A DNA stretch of 11,435 bases, taken from positions 1-11,435 of the forward strand of contig JADGIF010000296.1 of the NCBI GenBank assembly GCA_018985225.1. Reading direction: 5' to 3'. Below the pieces are notes generated by a model. It worked only from the letters and a program-made list of their open reading frames with translations. It had not been told where the DNA came from and ran no database searches. This document shows positions 1 to 7,442 of the stretch, in pieces. How positions within the stretch are numbered: the first letter of the stretch is position 1; each line of letters opens with the position of its first letter. The translations under genes were made by a program, and so were the position numbers. The stretch comes from Amoeboradix gromovi X-113. Taxonomy: Eukaryota; Fungi; Sanchytriomycota.

Positions 1-102
1 TTCCTTTTACACTCGTCAACTCCGCAACTAGCTGAATGTCCACTCGCCTCTTAAATCCATAAAATTAATAAAGCTGAAATAATGCTCCAAGTTGTTATAG
101 AA

Positions 103-136
103 AGTTAGTCCAGTTTTTATATTTGATGTCTCATAT
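103..136 (+). repeat. 34-nt repeat copy A (inverted relative to 11359-11392)
   Basis: AGTTAGTCCAGTTTTTATATTTGATGTCTCATAT versus the reverse complement of copy B, AGTTAGTCTAGTTTTTATATTTGGTGTCCCATAT: 31/34 identical, all differences transitions. Confidence 0.85.
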
Positions 137-610
137 GTTAAAAGTAGTTTCCATATCCTGGTGAAAGACTTTGGCTCTAAGCTGAGACGTTCGAAGTTGC
201 CGGCCATAGCGAGTCAAAACGCTATTCTTTTCAATTTAATGGCGGAAGAATCGGCATAACTAGCTTGTTCTGAACTCAAGCACCATAATAGATTTATAGC
301 AGTTGGTTAGTGCGTAACCAGCATTTTGCAAGTTGCTTGTTGATATCTGCCGATATGATTCTTTTGAGCCATCTCCGAGTGACCACTTAATCCCTTATTT
401 GTTCTAGGCCTTTTTCTCTTCATATCATTGAAGTGCAAGTTAGAAAAATTATCTTGACTGCTTGTTATTCATTTATGACTGCCATATCAAACTTTTGGCG
501 TACTCAGGACATGATAAGCACAAGAACACGAGCGCTGATCTTAAACGTGATGTTATTGCCAGTACTATTCTTGCAGTCATTATAATTAGAGGAAGGTTGT
601 ATTAATTAAC

Positions 611-710
611 TATATAAAAACCCCAAAGTTGCTTGTGGGGCCATTTTCGCCGTCTGTTTCGTTTGATGACCTTATCTCCATTTGGGTTAAATGTGCCATA
701 TTTTCACGTG
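611..710 (+). promoter_or_regulatory. Candidate eEF1B-gamma promoter elements: TATA-like TATATAAA (611-618) and E-box CACGTG (705-710)
   Basis: Motif matches upstream of ATG 745. Both are short and could occur by chance. Confidence 0.25.
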
Positions 711-744
711 TTTGGCTCTCCCAAGTCAAGAGTCATAATACTCC

Positions 745-2065
745 ATGTCATTAGGACGAATCTATTCCTACCCTCAAGACCCTAGAGTTCCACGCGCATT
801 GGTTGCTGCAGAGTACTGTAACAAGAAGATTACTCATGTTTCTACAGATTTATCCGATAAGACTGCAGAATTTTTCAAATCGGGACTATTCACAAAAGGC
901 ACGTTTGTTCCTGCTTTCTATGATGATATCGCGAAGATGGCTGTCATTGAAAGCGCCGGTATTCCTTATCACGTAAGTATAATGCAAAGATGATTGTTAT
1001 CCCTGTCTTAAGCATGATGACAACTTTTTATTGATTGAGCTATTTATATTAACGTAGATTGCTAAACTTTACGACACCAGCAACCAGCTTTTAGGAAAGA
1101 CAAAATTAGACGAGTCTTCGATTGCGCAATGGATTCTTTACATTGATACAAACATATGGCCACATATATACAGTTTAATGGCGTTGTATCATGCGTACTA
1201 TCCATATAGTAAGGAACGAGAGGCTGAGTTAGTTGCAAAGATCAAGAAACCGCTGGATTATTTAAACAAGCAGCTGTTAAACATTACTTATCTGGGTTCT
1301 GAGAATGTAGCACTCAGTGATATCATAGGAGCTGTATCTTTCTACTGGCTTTTTACTCAGTTTTTTGAAGAAAAGGATCGCAAAGAAATGCCCAACCTAG
1401 TAAGATGGTTTAACACTGTAGTCAATCAGCCTGAGTTCAAGAGAGTGTTCAAAAGCACTGCTCTATGTACTAAGAGGATGACTGTTTTAAAGACGAAACC
1501 AGTAGTAGCCAAGTCTACAATTCAAACAAAGCCGAAAAAATCAGACAAACCAGAAAAGCCTGTTGTCGCTGATGAAGCCAAGGAAGTAAAAAAGAAGCAT
1601 CCTTGTGAAGAATTGCCACCTAGCACTATGATACTGGATGAGTGGAAACGTATCTACAGTAATAATGATACTCGACCAACTGCAATTGACTGGTTTTGGA
1701 AGAACTTTGATCCTACCGGATATTCGGTGTGGCATGTAGAGTACAAGTATGGAGAGGAACTCACAAAGACATTTATGACTTCGAATCTAATTGGCGGCTT
1801 TTATCAGCGAATGGAAAGAGCCCGTAAATATGCATTTGGATCGCTATTGGTAATTGGCGAGAATGATAACAATACAATTGAGGGATATTTTGTATTCAGA
1901 GGACACGAAGTGTTGCCAGAAGTGGTTGATGCACCTGATTATCCATCTTTTACTTTTACTAAGATTGATGTTATGCAGCAGAAAAGTAAATTTGAGGATT
2001 ATTTAGCTTGGGATGGGGACTCCTTCAAGTCTAGGAAGTGTGCAGATGGAAAGATCTTTAAGTAA
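745..2065 (+). CDS. TEF4: Translation elongation factor 1B gamma; join(745..972,1058..2065), 411 aa
   Basis: Exon 1 has a GST-N-like start (GRIYSYPQDPRVPRALVAAEY...VPAF...ESAGIPYH). Removing the phase-0 intron 973-1057 continues in frame (IAKLYDTSNQLLGKTKLDESSIAQWILY...) into the 1178 ORF. That ORF has a GST-C region (PNLVRWFNTVVNQPEF), a Lys/Pro linker and the EF1G C-domain (LDEWKRIYSNNDTR, FMTSNLIGGFYQRME, YLAWDG, ADGKIFK). Confidence 0.96.
973..1057 (+). other. 85-nt spliceosomal intron of eEF1B-gamma (snoRNA host)
   Basis: GTAAGT donor at 973, TTAAC branch motif at 1049-1053 and TAG acceptor at 1055-1057. Removal joins the two eEF1B-gamma ORFs in frame with no stop. Confidence 0.93.
986..1042 (+). 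ncRNA. snR38: Intronic box C/D snoRNA, snR38/SNORD1 family (LSU rRNA Gm guide); ends approximate
   Basis: C-like ATGATTG 990-996; guide GTTATCCCTGT 996-1006, the exact antisense of the conserved LSU rRNA sequence ACAGGGAUAAC; D'-like CTTA 1007-1010; C' ATGATGA 1014-1020; D-like TTGA 1035-1038 (or 1031-1034). Yeast snR38 is known to lie in the TEF4 intron. Confidence 0.85.
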
Positions 2066-2104
2066 ATTGGGTTTTATAATTTTCTAGACAAGCTCCTTGT
2101 TACT

Positions 2105-3443
2105 ATGTTATCACGAAGATTGCAAAGTGCGTCCTTGAAGAACACTTTGAGCCAGGTACTTCCAAAGCATGCCCAAATGATTAAAGAGTTTAGAGCACAA
2201 CACGGTGAAAAAATAGTTGGTAGTATCGATGTTAACGCAATTTACAATGGTATGCGTGGCATGAAAGCGATGATATGGGAGGGAAGTGTGTTGGATGCGA
2301 ATGAAGGTATCCGTTTTCGTGGATTAACTATCCCAGAATTCCAAGACAAGTTGACGAATAACAAACTAAGTGAGTTTCAACCGGAAGCCCTGTTATGGTT
2401 GTTACTAACGGGTAAAGTACCTGTTATTGAGGAAGTCAAGGATCTTAGCTCTGATCTCAACAGTCGTGCAGCACTTCCTAAGTATGTGGAGGATATCATT
2501 GATACCTGTCCAATTGATTTGCACCCAATGGCTCAATTTAGCATGGCTGTGCTAGCTACTCAAAAGGAGAGTGTATTTGCTAGTAAGTATATGCAGGGTA
2601 TGCATAAGTCTGAATACTGGGAATACACTTTGGAAGATTCATTGAATTTGATCGCAAAGCTTCCTGCCATGGCTGCTCGTATTTACCGCAACGTTTATAG
2701 AGATGGTAAGCACCAGTTTGTCAATGAATACGACTGGAGTAAGAACTTTTCCCATATGCTAGGATTCACTGACGATGGTTTTGTAAATCTAATGCGAATG
2801 TATCTCATGATTCATACAGACCATGAAGGTGGAAACGTAAGTGCTCACGCATCTCACCTAGTGGGATCTGCTCTGAGTGATCCGTATTATGCATTTTCCG
2901 CTGCTTTAAATGGGTTGGCAGGACCTCTGCATGGATTAGCGAACCAACAAGTTTTACATTTCTTGCTTGAAATGCAAAAATCTGTAGGAGAAAAGCCAAC
3001 TGACCAAGAAATTAAAGACTTCATTTGGAAGTTACTGAAGAGTGGGCAAGTCATGCCTGGCTATGGCCATGCAGTCTTAAGAAAGACGTAATTATTATTA
3101 ACATAGAGATCCTCGATACACTTGCCAGCGTGAATTTGCTTTGAAGCACTTACCAGATGACAGTCTGTTTAATTTAGTAAGTAAAATTTACACAATTGCA
3201 CCTGACATTCTCTTAGAGCAAGGAAAAACAAAAAATCCGTGGCCAAACGTGGACGCACATAGCGGAGTATTGCTAAGACATTACGGACTAGTAGAGCAAG
3301 ATTTTTATACGGTTCTTTTTGGAGTAAGTAGAGCTATTGGTTGTTGTAGCGGTTTGGTATGGGCTAGAGGTTTAGGTTTACCAATTGAAAGACCTAAAAG
3401 CATGTCAACATCTGGACTAAAAGGATTAGTATCCAAAAAGTAA
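2105..3443 (+). CDS. CIT1: Citrate synthase, eukaryotic mitochondrial type; join(2105..3087,3107..3443), 439 aa
   Basis: Motifs [58 protein letters not shown]|[11 protein letters not shown] (restored by splicing), [10 protein letters not shown] and GLPIERPKS. Short Arg/Ser-rich N-terminus [10 protein letters not shown]. Confidence 0.97.
3088..3106 (+). other. 19-nt spliceosomal intron (phase 2) in citrate synthase
   Basis: Sequence GTAATTATTATTAACATAG. Excision gives AAG AC|A GAT CCT CGA TAC = K-T-D-P-R-Y, the conserved motif, and removes both the in-frame TAA and the frameshift. Confidence 0.93.
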
Positions 3444-3446
3444 AAT

Positions 3447-3452
3447 AATAAA
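3447..3452 (+). terminator. Putative polyadenylation signal of citrate synthase
   Basis: AATAAA begins 4 nt after the stop codon. Confidence 0.5.
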
Positions 3453-3709
3453 TGAATTTCTTGAAATAAAATAGTTTATGAATTTTATTGAATAAACCAT
3501 TTATTGAAAGTATGTCTCTTCTTGTATACAAATACTTCTCTTTTCTAGATATTTTGGATGGGGATAAAAATGCAGTATCCTCGCTATTCATCAATAACAA
3601 GTAGCTCTAAGCCTCACAATCCCGAATGTGCCAGATCTAAAGAAATAACTGGTAGACATAGTGTACGCCCATCGGAATTGAGAAACTGGTCCAAGAATGG
3701 GAAATCTGA

Positions 3710-3924
3710 TGTCTTTCAACAATGCCTCATTACGCATACAAAAAACACTTAATTCAAATTTAAAGAGGGACGAAAGACGATAGTTGAATGTTATGAAGCA
3801 TTCACTACTCAGACGTGGACAATGTTTGGCACTTTAAAGAAAGTACTTTGGAGATTTGCAAATGTGAAATTATCATTAAAAGTAGATAGAGATCATAGCA
3901 AGGAGTGTATGCATCAAATACATG
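3710..3924 (+). mobile_element. Degenerate C-terminal remnant of a Fanzor/TnpB-family RNA-guided nuclease (RuvC / Zn-ribbon / RuvC-III)
   Basis: Stitched across frameshifts: CLSTMPHYAYKKHL / FKFKEGRKTIVECYEAFTTQTWTMFGTLKKV / LEICKCE / LSLKVDRDH / ARSVCIKYM. This is collinear with the family pattern SHYxFKxxL...ExYTSxTCxxCG...CxxC...DRDxNGARNI. Boundaries cover only the recognisable part. Confidence 0.75.
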
Positions 3925-4676
3925 TATCCTTGTTTAGTCTTACCGGAGGGTAGTGAAATGGTAAGCAATAACTGTAATTGAGAAATTAATTTCTTTTAAT
4001 AAGAGTCATAGACTGAAACTAGACGAGTCAACTGCTGACCAATGTACCATTGGTTTTAGACTTATTGTGAGACTAAATTTAAGTTGGTGCACTTGAATGT
4101 TGCGCAGAAATCTTAATAATTCTTCTTGGTATTAGTTGAACAACTCATTTGTTGTACTTGCGCGACTTTAATCTCTTTAAAAGTTTCTTTTTACGTTTAT
4201 GCAGTGGAATAATAGTAGGATAGTCTTTCTTCTTATTTATGCCAAATGTCTTTGATCCTGCCAGAGCATGTCAAAAGAAAAGAAATCAATTTAAGACAAA
4301 GCATATACCCTTTCTACATAGGCTATCCGATTCCTTGCCATTTAAAAGACTCTCATGAGCTGTTTGATATTCTATGTACTTGAAAGATATCTTGTGACTC
4401 CATCAGTATACAGAAAGGGGATAATGGATGACAACACTTGGGGGCTGTCTAAGGACTTCTCTGGGGCCGCAAAATGGAAGACATTAGAAGTAGATAGAGA
4501 CAATATGCGACATCTGATGTGATAACCAGAACAAGCGCAAAAGTATTAGGTTTGAGAAAATCCGATTCATATTCAAAACCACGATTCAAATCTGATATCC
4601 GGAACAAGTCATTCGATCAACAAAATTGATATGATCTTCTATTTCTTTTAAACTACACTTATCGTACTTTTCTAAT

Positions 4677-5185
4677 CATGTTCTCACAGTTGATTGCAAA
4701 GACCTTATTTCGGAAAATGAAAATCCAGGCATTATTGGTCCTGTCATTGAACGTAAAAGAAAAATAATAAAATCGTCATTTTTGTTTGTCAAAACATAGC
4801 GAAAATTGAAAGGCGATACATGATTTGATTGAGCTTACCAATAAATATGAAAATCTGGCTCAAAAAAAGATTCAACTGTTGCAGAAGCATTGGAGAAAAG
4901 ACTAACGATCAAATTCCAATTGCATTCTGAAGAAACTAACCATCATAGAATTACTGTGAAGGAATATGGTGAATGCGCGAATATTACTCAATCCAATGTC
5001 ACAAATTCAGGGTATTCTGGCCAGGTAAAAGCTATATTGTTAGTTAACGAGACCGAGTATCAAAAGCCAATTGGGAGATGCTCAAAGAATTGAAAGATAT
5101 TAAAATTACTCTCTTATCTTACTTAGAATTGGAATAAGATGAAGGATACCATGCGCCTGTTAAAAAAGAGTTAAGGCGCAATTAA
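4677..5185 (+). pseudogene. Possible decayed gene of unknown family
   Basis: Abutting protein-like frames separated by frameshifts or stops: HVLTVDCKDLISENENPGIIGPVIERKRK / AIHDLIELTNKYENLAQKK / DSTVAEALEKRLTIKFQ...NETEYQK (includes ORF 4890-5093) / ANWEMLKELKDIKITLLSYLELE*DEGYHAPVKKELRRN*. No family recognised. Confidence 0.35.
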
Positions 5186-5911
5186 TCATTTAAGTCATAT
5201 AATTTTATTTGGAATATTTTTAATTGCTGCCTGTACTCAATATAAATTTCCATTTATCACAACTACTTTCAATTCCGTTTCCTCCACGAGGCGGAACTTG
5301 AAATCACCCAAGGCATAATCAAGATGTATTATAGTAAATCAAGTTACTATAATTATTTTTTTGAGCACACCGTTTTTCCTTTAAAAGCTAATAGCTTTGA
5401 GACTAATGATCACAAGGGCTAAAATCTTGTATTTTGGGGTAGATCAAGTCTTAGCACTCCAGGAAACACTGTTTTGACAGAGTTTCAACTGCTTTAATTA
5501 TTAAAAAGGCTCATATGATAGTGGGGCTTTTTAGTTGAAAACGCATTCTTATTTATTTCTGCTGCAGGGAAGCAGAAGCGCTACCCAAGACACTAATTGA
5601 TCGACCGGCGTTGCTAGCTTTTCTGCAGAAATTCCTGACTCTCTAGGTTACCAGAAACTTTTATCTGCAGCTCAATATTACATGAAATGGATTAAAAAGT
5701 TCATCAAATAGCGCACAACGGACTAGCAAGTAGTAGTGGAGCACTGATTTCTTTAATACTAGTAGATGAGAATATTCAGAGATTCAAGAAGATACTGCTT
5801 TCGAAATTGATGGGGATAAATCTTTTTCTTATCTTAAGTTTCGGAGAAAACGTTATCAAGGGATGCAAAACGTGATGGAGGACTATACAGAAGGAGCAAT
5901 TGCATTGTACA

Positions 5912-7378
5912 ATGGAAACTAGCGCTAATTACACTTGGTTATTTGGTCTAGGGTTAGTTTTAGCGTTTGCAGATGCTTACGGGATAGGAAGCAATGATGT
6001 CAGCAATTCGTTTTCAACATCTGTAGGGTCCGGCTCAATCACCTTGCTGCAGGCATGCACTATTGCTGTGTTTACTGAGTTCTTTGGTGCTGTGCTACTT
6101 GGAAGCAACACCACAAAAACAATAAGCGGCATTGTAAATAATGACTTATTTGAGTATAATCCCAGTTTGCTAATGCTAGCCATGTGCTGCAGTCTTATAG
6201 GATCTAGTGTATGGACCATATGTGCTAGTAGAATGGGATTATCTGTTAGTTGCACGCATGCAGTCATTGGTGCCATGTGTGGGGCAGTTTTAATTTCTTT
6301 TGGACCAGAGGCAATAAATTGGTCGTTTTCATCAGGAATTGGTAAAATAGTTGCTTCTTGGGTTGCTGCACCTTTTGTCAGTGGAGTAGTTGCAGTAGTA
6401 TTATTTTTGTCTACTAGGAATTATGTTTTGATTCATCATAATTCATTTGAGCGAGCTCAAAAAGCTGTCCCATGGTATTTTGCTCTTGCATTTTTTATTA
6501 ATACTTTTTTGATAGTCAGTGAGAGTGGGTTTTTTAAAAGATTGGAGCTCTCTCTCTTTACTAAAACCGGTTGTTCACTTTTGATAGCGTCTGTATCCTT
6601 TGGTTTTACTAAATTCAACTTTGTACCATGGATGGTTAGAAACATTGAAAATAATGAAGACCTCAAGTTCCATCACATGTTCTACATTAGTCAAGTACCG
6701 ACTCAGCCGATTAGAAAATTAAAAATCAAGCAAATCGAAGCTAACAATACATTTGTCGACAAATTGAAAGGATACATGTTGAGGGGTGTTAACAAAGATA
6801 TAAGAGAAGGAAAAGATAGTGAGCATGTGGATAAGGTACATGGTGCAGCTGAAATATTTGATAGCAAAACAGAAGAAATGTATTCTTACTTGCAGGTATT
6901 TACTGCTATTTGTGCAAGTATTGCACATGGAAGCAATGATGTTAGCAATGCAATTGGTCCGTTGAGTACCATCTACTATGTTTATAAAAATAATAAAGTG
7001 CCAGACGAGGTACCTGTGCCTATGGAATTGCTAGTGTTTGGAGGTATAGCTATTGATATTGGGTTATTCACTCTGGGATACGCTGTTATAAGCTCATTAG
7101 GACATAAGATTACTTTGTTATCTCCAAGTAGAGGGTTTTGTTCAGAAATGGCTACGTCGTTAACAGTTGTGGTTGCTTCAAGTATGGGAATTCCATTAAG
7201 TACAACCCATTGTATAACAGGGGCTATGACATGCATAGGTTTGTGCAACGGCACTTGGAGAGCAATAAACTGGAAAATGTTAGGTAAAACATTCTTTTCG
7301 TGGGTTGTTACACTTCCCATGGCCGGTTTGATTAGTGGGTCTGCGTTTTATTTCGCAGCGTACAGCCCTAAATTGTAA
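5912..7378 (+). CDS. PHO89: PiT/PHO4-family (Pho89-like) cation:phosphate symporter, 488 aa from the first ATG
   Basis: Duplicated PiT signatures AYGIGSNDVSNSFSTSVGSG and AHGSNDVSNAIGP, plus SPSRGF, GIPLSTTHCITG and many hydrophobic helices. The ORF track starts at TTG 5900; the first ATG is at 5912. Confidence 0.95.
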   Translation: METSANYTWLFGLGLVLAFADAYGIGSNDVSNSFSTSVGSGSITLLQACTIAVFTEFFGAVLLGSNTTKTISGIVNNDLFEYNPSLLMLAMCCSLIGSSVWTICASRMGLSVSCTHAVIGAMCGAVLISFGPEAINWSFSSGIGKIVASWVAAPFVSGVVAVVLFLSTRNYVLIHHNSFERAQKAVPWYFALAFFINTFLIVSESGFFKRLELSLFTKTGCSLLIASVSFGFTKFNFVPWMVRNIENNEDLKFHHMFYISQVPTQPIRKLKIKQIEANNTFVDKLKGYMLRGVNKDIREGKDSEHVDKVHGAAEIFDSKTEEMYSYLQVFTAICASIAHGSNDVSNAIGPLSTIYYVYKNNKVPDEVPVPMELLVFGGIAIDIGLFTLGYAVISSLGHKITLLSPSRGFCSEMATSLTVVVASSMGIPLSTTHCITGAMTCIGLCNGTWRAINWKMLGKTFFSWVVTLPMAGLISGSAFYFAAYSPKL

Positions 7379-7442
7379 TTGGGCAATTAATAAATATAAC
7401 TTCAGTAATAGAATGCAAAAGACTTTGATTTATTCTTTTTAT
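7379..7442. terminator. 64-nt convergent 3' region with one poly(A)-type signal per strand
   Basis: AATAAA on + at 7389-7394 and on - at 7429-7434, each about 10 nt after the respective stop codon. Confidence 0.6.

Noticed and set aside
745-993. 82-aa ORF as a standalone gene (also 1178-2065, 2105-3091 and 3141-3443 as separate genes)
   Set aside because: These are exons of two spliced genes.
2062-2087. Possible intron GTAAAT...TTCTAG removing the eEF1B-gamma stop
   Set aside because: Splicing would be out of frame with citrate synthase, the branch motif is missing, and the GKIFK C-terminus is already complete.
3089-3091. TAA reassigned to Gln, or programmed frameshifting, in citrate synthase
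   Set aside because: TAA/TAG end the genes at expected C-termini, and a GT-AG intron restores the exact conserved motif.
3432-3443. Citrate synthase C-terminal SKK (and Pho89 PKL) as PTS1 signals
   Set aside because: SKK is not a PTS1 consensus, and Pho89 is a polytopic membrane protein.
3510-3548. Intron-like GTATGT...TTTTCTAG (39 nt)
   Set aside because: No TTAAC/CTAAC branch motif and no coding exons to join.
5557-5577. CAGG...GAAGCAG resembling SRP RNA helix 8; GGGGCTT near 5523 resembling RNase MRP CR-V
   Set aside because: The SRP internal tetraloop hairpin and the MRP CR-I pairing partner are absent.
3557-5820. 12-mer GATGGGGATAAA at 3557 and 5809
   Set aside because: Too short and does not extend; compatible with chance.
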